A DNA stretch of 64,000 bases from Vicinamibacterales bacterium (GTDB taxonomy: Bacteria > Acidobacteriota > Vicinamibacteria > Vicinamibacterales > UBA8438), in contig CBDCVL010000011.1 of assembly GCA_965223015.1 (NCBI GenBank), positions 65,487 through 129,486 of the forward strand, read 5' to 3'. A program made the position numbers and the translations under genes. This document shows, piece by piece, positions 1-8,800 of this stretch; position 1 is the first letter of the stretch, and every line of letters starts with the position of its first letter. Under the pieces are notes generated by a model. It was not told the origin of the DNA. It worked only from the letters and a program-made list of their open reading frames with translations, and made no database searches.

Positions 1-97
1 AGGTCGCGCATCGGAACATCCTAGCGACCTCTCCCAGGATCAGAAGACTTGATAATTTCAACGGATTACGGGGCTGATTAGCAATTCGCCACCCACA

Positions 98-215
98 GGT
101 ATTGTCAAGTTAAGCAGAACCGGGCTGACCGCACCCCAACATACCCGGTTCACGACAGGACGCGGGCCCATCATTCTTGGGGGGCAGTCCGCCGAGGTTT
201 TGTTAACTTGACAGG
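98..215. mobile_element. IS6-type miniature remnant: two inverted IS6-like termini, no transposase
   Basis: 98-115 GGTATTGTCAAGTTAAGC; 202-215 GTTAACTTGACAGG is the same terminus inverted. Both resemble the termini of the complete IS at 214-1021. No transposase-like ORF lies between them. Confidence 0.5.
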
Positions 216-1021
216 CATTGTCAGGTTGAGCGTGCAAGGTGGCACAGTGGGCGGATGAGCAGCCAGGCACCGAGCTATCGCGGCTACCGATTCCCGTCTG
301 AGGTCATCAGCCACGCGGTCTGGCTGTATCACCGGTTTTCTCTCAGCTTTCGCGATGCGGAGGATCTCCTGGCGCAACGGGGGATCACCGTCTCCTACGA
401 GACCATCCGACAATGGTGTCTGACCTTTGGTCCGACGTATGCGCGCACGCTCCGGCGCCACCGTGGCCGTCTGGGGGACACCTGGTATCTGGACGAAGTC
501 TTCGCGACGATTCAAGGGCAACACCGATATCTCTGGCGAGCCGTGGACCAGGACGGCGACCTCCTCGACATCCTCGTCCAGTCTCGACGCAATCGCCGGG
601 CGGCCATACGATTCTTCCGCAAGGTGTTGAAGGGACAGGGCCGGTTGCCCAACCGCGTGATCACGGACCGGCTGCGGAGCTACGCGGCGGCGCACCGCAT
701 TGTGATGCCGTCCGTTATTCACAGCACCCGGCAGTACGAGAACAATCGAGCCGAGGTCTCGCATCAGCCGACGCGACAACGCGAGCGGCAGATGCCGGGG
801 TTCAAGTCCACGGCGCAGGCGCAGCGATTTCTCTTGGTGCACGGACTCGTGCAGGATCTCTTTCGCACCGGCCGTCATCTGATGCGAGCCGTCCACCATC
901 GCCTGTTACGCGAACGTGGCTTCGGGCTCTGGCGTGAGGCGACGTGTGTCTAGATCGAGAGTCTGAGTCGCGATCTCATCGGAGGCGAAGCCTGTCCGTG
1001 CGACGTTAACCTGACAAAGCC
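214..1021 (+). mobile_element. Complete IS6-family insertion sequence
   Basis: Imperfect terminal inverted repeats 214-231 GGCATTGTCAGGTTGAGC and 1005-1021 GTTAACCTGACAAAGCC (rc GGCTTTGTCAGGTTAAC) bracket one transposase gene. The ~0.8 kb size fits the family. Confidence 0.85.
255..953 (+). CDS. IS6-family (IS26-like) DDE transposase
   Basis: 232 aa. N-terminus YRGYRFPSEVISHAVWLYHRFSLSFRD, then WYLDEV...RAVDQDG...ITDRLRSY...NNRAEVSHQPTR, the typical IS6 transposase layout. Confidence 0.9.
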   Translation: MSSQAPSYRGYRFPSEVISHAVWLYHRFSLSFRDAEDLLAQRGITVSYETIRQWCLTFGPTYARTLRRHRGRLGDTWYLDEVFATIQGQHRYLWRAVDQDGDLLDILVQSRRNRRAAIRFFRKVLKGQGRLPNRVITDRLRSYAAAHRIVMPSVIHSTRQYENNRAEVSHQPTRQRERQMPGFKSTAQAQRFLLVHGLVQDLFRTGRHLMRAVHHRLLRERGFGLWREATCV

Positions 1022-1092
1022 TTTTGCCATGACCGCTCGTCTTGCTCAAGCGGTTTTGCACACAGTTCGAAACACTACCCGAGTCTCGCATA

Positions 1093-2352
1093 ATGCCAAA
1101 CGTGGAACCCCAGAAGGAAAGAGAACAGTTACTGGTCCGACAGGCCGAGGAGTTGGTCTTCGAAACCCTCTACTCGCCAGTCGACTTGAGCGCGCTACTC
1201 GAGACAGCTGATGGCCGCGGTCGTATCCGCCGAGTCTCCCCTGCCCATCTTTATTACGGCCTTCAGAAGCTGGAGGATAGTGAAATCACGACGTTGCTCC
1301 CCCATATCACTCAAGAACAGTGGACTGGAGTTCTGGACCTGGACCTCTGGTCCAAGGATGAGATGAGTACAGGAGCCTTCCTGCATCTAGAAGGATTCAT
1401 CGCTGGTGCAGACGACCCGGTGGCCCGCAAGTTGATCCGAGCAGCCGACTCGGAGTTGTGGTCGCTGCTGTTCAAGAGACGGTTACAAATCCATCAGAGG
1501 ATCGAGGAGGACGAGTTCGAGGGGGCTCCTGAGGAGGGGAAGTGGTTGGAGACCCCTGACAGAGCCTTCCGGCTGATCCTCCCGGAGGACCCGGAAGAAT
1601 CCCGACTATTGAGGGCCCTGGTGGGCAGACTCTTCGGGCTGAATCCCGAACTCGCCACCATCTTTCTTCTGGAAGCACAGGCCAGAACATTGGTCGAGCT
1701 GGAAGAAGAGGGTTACCAGAACCGCAAGAGGAGGATCGAAACGGCTGGCTTCCAGGACTACTTCGAATCCTTCGAAATCTATAGTGTGCTGTCCCCGGAC
1801 GACCCTCTTCCTGAAAAGAAGCGGGAATCGATCGTCGAGCTCTCCACGCTGCCCACCCTCAGGGCTGGCCCGGCCTCGGAACAACTGCTTCTGTTTCAGG
1901 CCATCTCATCCATCGCCGACCCTTCCGACCATCAACTGGTCCTGGAGGAGTTCTTTTTCGTGTGCAACAAGGTGCTCTCGGCCGATCAGGCATCGCCGGC
2001 CGATCAAGAACAAGTCAGGACTTCCATCCGAAAGACACTCACCGGGATCAACCTTGGACTCGACTGGTGGTCGGAGGGCAACCTCCCGAAGGCCTCAGAC
2101 GGGTTGACTCGATACTACCTTCAGTCCTTCTTCCAGCATGGACATAGCCGGCTCATGGAACTTCGGCAGAGAGCCCAGAGTGTCTCCACTCCTCCGGCCC
2201 CGGGTTCCTTCGAGGAAGATTTCCTGGAGGCCCTCACCAGGCCTTGCCCGCTTTTGGCCGAGATGAGAGAAGGAAAAATAGGCCGGCGGCTCTTTCGATC
2301 CCGTGACGACTTGGACGAGGCGAGGACCGTGCTTGAGAGGCTGGAAGCCTGA
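1093..2352 (+). CDS. Hypothetical acidic protein, DUF6178-like
   Basis: ATG at 1093 inside ORF 1042..2352 (TTG at 1042 is an alternative start). The motif ITQEQWTGVLDLDLWSKDEM and the overall helical/acidic character resemble DUF6178 proteins as I remember them. G+C is visibly lower than in neighbouring genes. Confidence 0.6.
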   Translation: MPNVEPQKEREQLLVRQAEELVFETLYSPVDLSALLETADGRGRIRRVSPAHLYYGLQKLEDSEITTLLPHITQEQWTGVLDLDLWSKDEMSTGAFLHLEGFIAGADDPVARKLIRAADSELWSLLFKRRLQIHQRIEEDEFEGAPEEGKWLETPDRAFRLILPEDPEESRLLRALVGRLFGLNPELATIFLLEAQARTLVELEEEGYQNRKRRIETAGFQDYFESFEIYSVLSPDDPLPEKKRESIVELSTLPTLRAGPASEQLLLFQAISSIADPSDHQLVLEEFFFVCNKVLSADQASPADQEQVRTSIRKTLTGINLGLDWWSEGNLPKASDGLTRYYLQSFFQHGHSRLMELRQRAQSVSTPPAPGSFEEDFLEALTRPCPLLAEMREGKIGRRLFRSRDDLDEARTVLERLEA

Positions 2353-2383
2353 GTTCCTGAGGGCGCGGTCCTCATCAAAATTT

Positions 2384-2550
2384 GGTGCTTCCGTCAACTA
2401 CTGTTGCTGTCTTGCCCTTATCTCCTTCTAACCAAGGGACTTACACCAACTTTTCTCGATGAGGGAAGTTATCAACGCAATAATCGGCTGTAAATGCCTG
2501 CATGATGGGCGCTTAAGCTCTTCTCACTAACACTCAATGACGGAAGCACC
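2384..2550. repeat. 13-bp perfect inverted repeat pair flanking a ~140-bp AT-rich spacer
   Basis: GGTGCTTCCGTCA at 2384-2396 and TGACGGAAGCACC at 2538-2550. The interior is about 45% G+C in a ~65% G+C context. Confidence 0.4.
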
Positions 2551-2687
2551 TTTTGGTAGGCACAACCGTGGCGATTCGGCCAAATGGCCCACGACCGCTC
2601 GTGTCATCTCGCTCCACACCCATTGAGCGCCTGCGGGCCATCTGCCGATGGTCACGACCACGGATGATGAGTCTCAGCATGGGGTTC

Positions 2688-3953
2688 TTACTTCTGTCCT
2701 GCACCGGCGGCGTCTAGCAAGGTCCGCACGTCGCTTCCCGCGGGACTCTGGTAAATACGCAGGTCGAACGCCGGAGCGATAGCCAGGATATGGTCGAAGA
2801 TGTCGGCTTGGATCCCCTCGTAGTTGCTCCACACTTGGTCGCGGCTGAACACATAGATCTCGATCGGAAGTCCGTGCTCGGTCGGCGCGAGGTGCCGCAC
2901 CAGGAAGGTCATCTCCTGGTGGATCATCGGATGGTTACGCAGATACGCGACGACATAGGCTCTGAACGTGCCGAGGTTCGTCAGCTGTCGGCCGTTGAGT
3001 GGGTCCGATGCATCGACGTGCCGCTCCGCGTTCCAGCTCGAGATCTCGTGTCGCTTTCTCTCCAGATATTCCGCGATGTACTGAATCTTCGAGAACCGCT
3101 CGAGCATCTCCTCATCACAAAAGCGAATCGAGCCCATGTCGATATTAATCGCGCGTTTGATCCGCCGTCCGCCCGACTCGGACATCCCACGCCAGTTCTT
3201 GAACGACTCGGTGATCAGCGCATAGGTCGGGATGGTCGTGATCGTCTTGTCCCAGTTCTTCACTTTGACGGTCGTTAGTGCGACCTCTAGCACGTCGCCA
3301 TCGGCGCCGTACTTCGGCATCTCGATCCAGTCACCCGGAGCCACCATCTGATTCGCGGAGAGCTGGATGCCGGCAACCAGACCCAGGATCGCGTCCTTGA
3401 AGATCAACATCAGGACGGCCGTCATCGCGCCGAGACCGCCGAGCAGAAGACTGGGCGACTGACCGATGAGCAGCGATATCAGGGCGATCGCGGCGACGCT
3501 GTAGAGGATGAGCTTGAGTACCTGAACGACGGTCTTGATCGGCAGATCGCGCGAGGCCTTCGACGACTGCAAGATGTCGACCCCGGCATTCAACGCGCCG
3601 TCGATCGCGAGCAGGGTGACCAGAAGCATGTAGATGAGAGAGGCTCGTCTGACGACGACGATCCAGAGGTCGTACCCATCGAGCACCGGCTGGGCAAAGA
3701 CGTAAATGACCAGCGCCGGCGCCAGATGCAAGAGACGATGGAACACTCGGCGCTTGACGATGATGTCGTCCCACACGGTGATGGTCTGTCCGGCGAAGTT
3801 CTCGAGCTGGCGGAGGATGATCCGTCGTGCGGCGATGTCGGCGATGGCGGCCAGTGTGATGACCAGAGCGATCTCGACCGCCGTGGTGACGAAGGCGGCG
3901 GTCTGGCCGCCGAGCCCTTGCTGGAGCAGCCAGTCGCGAAGGGGGTTGGGCAT
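2688..3953 (-). CDS. Mechanosensitive ion channel, MscS family (YbdG/MscM-like)
   Basis: 421 aa with N-terminal TM helices. The MscS core is LSANQMVAPGDWIEMPKYGADGDVLEVALTTVKVKNWDKTITTIPTYAL, followed by a long C-terminal domain as in YbdG-type channels. Confidence 0.9.
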   Translation of the reverse strand: MPNPLRDWLLQQGLGGQTAAFVTTAVEIALVITLAAIADIAARRIILRQLENFAGQTITVWDDIIVKRRVFHRLLHLAPALVIYVFAQPVLDGYDLWIVVVRRASLIYMLLVTLLAIDGALNAGVDILQSSKASRDLPIKTVVQVLKLILYSVAAIALISLLIGQSPSLLLGGLGAMTAVLMLIFKDAILGLVAGIQLSANQMVAPGDWIEMPKYGADGDVLEVALTTVKVKNWDKTITTIPTYALITESFKNWRGMSESGGRRIKRAINIDMGSIRFCDEEMLERFSKIQYIAEYLERKRHEISSWNAERHVDASDPLNGRQLTNLGTFRAYVVAYLRNHPMIHQEMTFLVRHLAPTEHGLPIEIYVFSRDQVWSNYEGIQADIFDHILAIAPAFDLRIYQSPAGSDVRTLLDAAGAGQK

Positions 3954-4004
3954 CGCGCCTGAATTCTACCGCGATACGCCGACCACGATCCGGTACCACC
4001 CAAC

Positions 4005-4176
4005 GGTATTGTCAGGCTAACTCTCCGCCCGGCACAATGCCGGGATGAACGCTCGCCGGCCCCGCTACCTTCGGCATCGCTTTCCGCCCGACATCATCAG
4101 CCACGCCGTCTGGCTCTACCACCGATACTGCCTGAGCTTCCGAGCTGTTGTGGATTTGCTGGCCGAACGAGGCAGT
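4005..4176 (+). pseudogene. Truncated IS6-family copy (left terminus plus first ~43 codons of the transposase)
   Basis: Terminus GGTATTGTCAGGCTAAC at 4005-4021. The ORF from 4045 reads MNARRPRYLRHRFPPDIISHAVWLYHRYCLSFRAVVDLLAERG, parallel to the transposase at 255. Similarity ends at about 4173, where the foldback element begins. Confidence 0.75.
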
Positions 4177-4640
4177 AGGGGTGCGGGGCGGCGATTTTGG
4201 AATTCCCGCAAAACGGTGGCGGAGTCGACGCCAAGGCCCCTCCTTCCAACACCTTGATCCGCATCACCGTTCCACCACCCCCTCCGGTGTCAAACGGACC
4301 GTCTACGGCGAAACGGTGGACGCTGTAGTTTCGCGTGGTCTCAAACAGCCAGGACGTCCTCACCACCGTCCCCCTTGGCGTCAGAGCGACCGAACTCGAT
4401 GAGGGCACGCCGGATGACGAGGAGGGAGGATTCTCCTCGTTGACAGGACCGAGGCTCGCGAACCGTGGACAATCTGGGCTCGCCGTGCGTGACCCCTCCG
4501 CCAACCCGTAACGGACCGTTTCGAACCGGAGGGGGTGGCGGTACGGTGCCACGGACCAAACCACTGAAGGAACGATACTTATCCCAGCAGCGCCGGACCG
4601 TTTTGCGGAAATCGAAAATTGACGCCCGTCTGGGCCTTCT
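4174..4640. mobile_element. Foldback / MITE-like element with ~115-bp imperfect terminal inverted repeats, no credible ORF
   Basis: The left arm (about 4190-4305) and right arm (about 4508-4622) are inverse copies. Examples: TTCCCGCAAAACGGT vs ACCGTTTTGCGGAA, and CACCGTTCCACCACCCCCTCCGGTGTCAAACGGACCGT vs ACGGACCGTTTCGAACCGGAGGGGGTGGCGGTACGGTG. Confidence 0.55.
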
Positions 4641-4728
4641 CCGGTGTGTGGTGCCCATGTGAGGCCCGGATTAGGAAGAGACTCGTCTCGGGGCTCGGCG
4701 GCCCGTCAACACGCGTGTCCTCGGGACA

Positions 4729-4974
4729 CTAGTGATGGTGGTGGTGCATCTCTTCGTGCTCGGCGTGCGCCTTGTCCCTCTGGACCTTCGAATTCTTCTT
4801 GCGCTCGGATTGCAGGTGCGTGTGCCGTGTCCCGTCCGAACTAACCCCAAAGAGCGAGAGTAGCCGTTCAAGCTCTTCGCTCTGACACGAGGGGCAGTGG
4901 GGCGTGCTCTTGGGAAGCACGAGCTCTTCGAATTCGTGGCCGCATCCGCTGCAGCGATACTCGTAGATCGGCAT
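4729..4974 (-). CDS. FmdB-family zinc-ribbon protein
   Basis: 81 aa. MPIYEYRCSGCGHEFE...CPSC is the CxxC...CxxC FmdB signature. It ends in a natural HHHHH tail. Confidence 0.85.
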   Translation of the reverse strand: MPIYEYRCSGCGHEFEELVLPKSTPHCPSCQSEELERLLSLFGVSSDGTRHTHLQSERKKNSKVQRDKAHAEHEEMHHHHH

Positions 4975-5055
4975 GGGCTATCGGGGTTCAGTCGCGGAGG
5001 CCGAACACGAAGAGTGGACTTGCCCCGGTTTCGTGGACGGGTACGGACTTGGGTT

Positions 5056-5339
5056 TCAAGCACTCTGCGGCAGCTGTCTCCTCTCGTAGTTGATGGGTGA
5101 ACGATAGCCGAGGGCCGAGTGGCGACGGTGCGGATTGTACCAGCCCTCCAGCCACTGGAAGATCGCCATCCGCGCTTCGGCCTGGCTGCGGAACCGTCGC
5201 CGGTTGAGCACTTCGCGCTCGAGCGTGGCGAAAAAGCTCTCGGCCATGGCATTGTCATACGCATCGCCGATGGAGCCCATGGAGGGCATCACGCCGGCGT
5301 CGCGGCATCGTTTGCCGAAGGCGTAGCTGGTGTACTGGC
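5056..5339 (-). pseudogene. IS3-A orfB, C-terminal part
   Basis: QYTSYAFGKRCRDAGVMPSMGSIGDAYDNAMAESFFATLEREVL...YNPHRRHSALGYRSPINYE is the rve integrase-core C-terminus. It continues the fragment at 6791-7366 once the IS30 is removed. Confidence 0.8.
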
Positions 5340-6790
5340 CGGTTTCAAGGGGTCGTCGCAACACGTCCTCGCTGGTGTGAGAGTAGCAGTTCGTTGAAGG
5401 CTTCGGATGGGGTTCTCCAACCGAGAGTCTTCCGCGGTCGGCGGTTGAGTGTGGTCGCGACAGCAGCAATGTCGCTCGCACTGTGCCTATTGAGGTCAGT
5501 ACCTTTGGGGAAGTACTGGCGCAGCAAGCCGTTGGTGTTCTCGTTCGTGCCGCGCTGCCACGGACTGCGGGGGTCGCAGAAGAAGACGTGCAGCCCCGTG
5601 TCGATACGCAGTTGAGCGTGCTGGGCCATCTCCGCGCCTTGGTCCCAGGTCAGTGACCGACGAAGCTGATCAGGGAGCGTCGCGATCGTCGACGTGATCG
5701 CATCCCGCACGGCTTCGGCGCCATGCCCCGCAAGCGCCGGACCGTTCTTGACCCTGAGTCGGCCACGTTCGGCCATGCGGGGCAGGTGGAGCAGCATCGT
5801 GAATCGGGTGGTGCGTTCGACCAATGTGCCGATCGCGGAGCTGTCAAGTCCGATGATGAGGTCGCCTTCCCAGTGTCCAGGAACAGCTCGGTTCTCGGCC
5901 TCGGCGGGCCGCTCGCTGATCATGATGTCGGGGCCTACAAACGCCTTGCCGCGACCACGGCGGCGAGCCCTCGGCACGCGCAGCGCCCGCCCGGTGCGCA
6001 GGCAGGCCGTCAACTCGCGGCGCAGTGCCCCCCGCCCCTGGATGTACAGCGCTTGGTAGATGGCCTCGTGCGAGACCCTCATCGAGTCATCGTCGGGATA
6101 CTCTATCCGGAGTCGATGGGCGATCTGCTGCGGGCTCCACGATGTCGCCCAATGTCGGTCCTGGCGGCGGCCATGACGTCGACCACTCCAGGAGCCCACG
6201 TTTGGGCCAGGCACGGGCATCCCGTCCTCAGCCATCATCGTGCCTGCGAGGCGGTCCTGCACGTAGCTCCTCAGCCGATCGTTCGCGGCCAGCTTGGCGA
6301 TCTTCGGGCGCTTGGCACGTCGGTCGCTGTGCCACTGCGCAGTCGACGCCCGATACGCCAGACCGCCGCTCCGAGTCGCCGCGTTGCGACGCAGCTCTCG
6401 CGAGACAGTCGACGGGGCTCTTCCGGAGCCGACGGGCAATCTCGCGCACCCCGGCGCCCTGAGCTCTCAGGATCGCGATCTCTTCCCGCTCCGCAAAGGA
6501 CAGGTAGCGAGCCGATCGGGGCGCCAAGCTGATCGGCGGCATACCACCGCCCTCACGGAACCAACGACCACCCACGGGCGGCGACACGCCACATGACACA
6601 GCGGCATCCTCACTCGACAGCCCCCTGGCGATCGCCTTCCAGAACCGTTGCTGCTCCTCACGCCCCGCTACCGGCGGCCGGCCAGGCGAACGCATCGCAG
6701 GTCGACCCGCCCGGTCTGACCTTCTCCGTTTCCGTTTCTGCATCGCAGCACCTCATCATCGAGGTGTTGCGACGACCAGTTGAATTCACC
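5340..6790 (-). mobile_element. IS30-family element (copy 1) inserted in IS3-A orfB
   Basis: Inverted repeats TTCAAGGGGTCGTCGCAACAC (5344-5364) and GTGTTGCGACGACCAGTTGAA (6764-6784). A 5-bp direct repeat CTGGC lies at 5335-5339 and 6791-6795. Removing the element and one repeat restores in-frame HSDRGCQYTSYAF. Confidence 0.8.
5345..6743 (-). pseudogene. IS30-family transposase, frameshifted
   Basis: The N-terminal HTH part (ORF 6228..6743: FAEREEIAILRAQGAGVREIARRL) and the catalytic part (ORF 5345..6439: STVSRELRRN...VPGHWEGDLI...PWQRGTNENTNGLLRQYFPKGTDL) are in different frames. The shift is near 6420-6435. Confidence 0.8.
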
Positions 6791-7366
6791 CTGGCACCCG
6801 CGATCCGAGTGATGCACGACCGCCTCGGGCCGGCGTTGCGTCAACGCCATGTCGAGTGCGGCGAGCACGAGTTCAGTCCGGAGATGCGTCTCCATGGCCC
6901 AGCCAACGATGCGTCGCGACCAGACGTCGAGCACGATGGCGAGATAGAGGAAGCCGGCCCACGTCGGGACGTACGTGATGTCGGCCACCCAGAGACGATC
7001 CGGGCCCGCTGCAGTGAACTCCCGATCCACTTGATCCAGCGCCCGGTCAGCGGTGGGATCGCCGATCGTCGTGGTCACGAAGCGCCGCGGCCGCAGGCCC
7101 TGCAGGCGCGCTGCGCGCATCAGGCGGGCCACACGTTTCTTCCCGACCCGACGGTGGTGATCGTCGGCCAGCTCCGCGTGGATACTCGGCGCCCCGTACG
7201 CGCCGTCCGACCGCCGGTGGATCGCATGGATCAGGGCCGTGAGCCCGATGTCCTCCACGGCCCGTGCCGACGGCGGCCGCCCAGCCCACGCGTAGAAGCC
7301 GCTGGCGGAGACGCCCAGCAGCCGGCCCATGACCCGGACCGGATAGGTGGCCTGATTCGCTTTCAT
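6791..7366 (-). pseudogene. IS3-A orfB, N-terminal part
   Basis: MKANQATYPVRVMGRLLGVSASGFYAW...WVADITYVPTWAGFLYLAIVLDVWSRRIVGWAM...VVHHSDRGCQ, then the IS30 junction. Confidence 0.8.
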
Positions 7367-7677
7367 GAACCCGAAGATCGCTTCGTGTTCGGCGCGGTCT
7401 CCTGTGCGAACCAGGCCGCGGCTTTTGACAAGATCTCTCGCTCGAGCTTCAGCTGGCGATTCTCGCGGCGGAGCTGCGTCAGCTCGGCACGCTCGGTCGT
7501 CGTGAGGCCGTCGGTCCGCCGACCGGTATCGCGATCGGCTTGAGCCACCCAGTTGCTGATCGACTGGGCGGTCGGTTCAAACTCGTGAGCGAGATCTTCG
7601 GGAGTACGCCCGGCCCGGACCAACGCGACCATCTGTTCGCGAAACTCCGGCGGGTAGGGTTTCCTGGTGTTCGGCAT
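7363..7677 (-). CDS. IS3-A orfA (HTH transposase subunit)
   Basis: 104 aa. PPEFREQMVALVRAGRTPEDLAHEFEPTAQSISNWV plus leucine-zipper-like LRRENRQLKLEREILSKAAAWF. ATGA overlap with orfB. Confidence 0.85.
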   Translation of the reverse strand: MPNTRKPYPPEFREQMVALVRAGRTPEDLAHEFEPTAQSISNWVAQADRDTGRRTDGLTTTERAELTQLRRENRQLKLEREILSKAAAWFAQETAPNTKRSSGS

Positions 7678-7731
7678 CGTGGACTCCTTCTACCACAAGG
7701 GTTAGGTGTCCACGGAAGCGGGTCAGGCCCA

Positions 7732-8132
7732 ATCTTCAACAGCGACCAGGGCAGCCAATTCACTAGCGTCGACTTTACCGACGTGCTCACGGAGGCGGGC
7801 ATTCGCATCTCGATGGACGGCAAGGGCCGCTGGATGGACAACGTGTTCATCGAGCGGCTATGGCGCTCACTCAAGTACGAATGCGTCTACCTGTCCGAGT
7901 TTGCCACCGGCTCCGAGGCCCGGAGTGGGATCAGCTCGTGGATGGACTTCTACAACGAGCGCCGACCGCACTCTGCGCTCGACGACCGGACGCCGCAGGA
8001 GGCGTACACTAACGGAGGGGTTGCTCGGAGCCCGGGGCTACGCCCCGTCTCCCGTCAGCCCAAGGTCGCGTGAATCATGAACCCGGATTCCACCTTAGCT
8101 GTGACGCAAACCTGTCCAAAGGATGGGGTCCA
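7732..8132 (+). mobile_element. IS3-family remnant (IS3-B): 3' third of orfB plus right terminus
   Basis: From 7732 the frame reads IFNSDQGSQFTSVDFTDVLTEAGIRISMDGKGRWMDNVFIERLWRSLKYECVYL...YNERRPHSALDDRTPQEAY (stop at 8073). The terminus ...CCTGTCCAAAGGATGGGGTCCA ends in CA at 8132. The 5' part is replaced by IS3-A. Confidence 0.75.
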
Positions 8133-8440
8133 CCTCTCACAGCACCGCGAACATCACCATGTTGCCCGGCATCTGCAGACTGAAATCGACCAATTCCTGA
8201 ATGGCGATTGCGACCAGCCCAGTCACTGCGCCGGCGCGGATTCGGTAGGTCGCGTGGTCGTCCTCGTCTGACCGCAGCCTTCTTAGGATGTCTCGGATGA
8301 GGAAGCCAGCCGCCATGAGCATTGGAATTCCCACGAGGGCTCCGCCCTCGGCGGCCAGCTGCAGGTAGTCGCTATTCCTGCGCCCTAGGGTTTTCTTGGA
8401 CACTTGATTGCGAGAGAGTTCTCGCAGGAGGCGTGTCGAG

Positions 8441-8800
8441 ATGAGGAAGCACGTTGAGGAATCGGTGGCGACCGGCGTGGCCGCCGGGCGCGGCCGTGGG
8501 GGTCGGTTCTCGGCCGGGCGCAAGCGTGAGGTAGTGCTGCGTCTGTTGCGCGGGGAGGACCTCGAGTCCGTGTCGCGGGCGGTGGGAATCACGGCGGCGC
8601 GGGCGTCGCACTGGCGGGCTCAGTTTCTGGCTGCGGGGCAGGCGGGCCGAAAGAGCCGCGCACCGGATGCTCGGGACGATGACCATCGTCGGCTGCAGGC
8701 CAAGATCGGCGAGCTGCTGATGGAGACCGAGTTACTGTACGCGAAGGTGGACCAGCTGGAGGCCGGCGGCCCTTTGGCCCGGCGGAGGTCGACGCGATGA
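8441..8800 (+). CDS. IS3-C orfA
   Basis: ATG at 8441 preceded by AGGAGG. The HTH region is EDLESVSRAVGITAARASHWRAQF and the coiled coil is LQAKIGELLMETELLYAKVDQLE. ATGA overlap with orfB. Confidence 0.75.
   Translation: MRKHVEESVATGVAAGRGRGGRFSAGRKREVVLRLLRGEDLESVSRAVGITAARASHWRAQFLAAGQAGRKSRAPDARDDDHRRLQAKIGELLMETELLYAKVDQLEAGGPLARRRSTR

Larger units (their letters stand above)
5015..7731 (-). mobile_element. IS3-family element (IS3-A), interrupted by an IS30-family element
   Basis: Termini TGGACTTGCCCCGGTTTCGTGGAC (5015-) and GTCCACGGAAGCGGGTCAGGCCCA (-7731) are inverted repeats with the TG...CA ends typical of IS3. It contains orfA plus a split orfB. Confidence 0.8.

Noticed and set aside
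4097-4564. 155-aa and 105-aa ORFs inside the foldback element as possible genes
   Set aside because: They arise from reading the two inverted arms (each gives ...GPF.TGGGGGTV...). They have no start context or family similarity and overlap each other on opposite strands.
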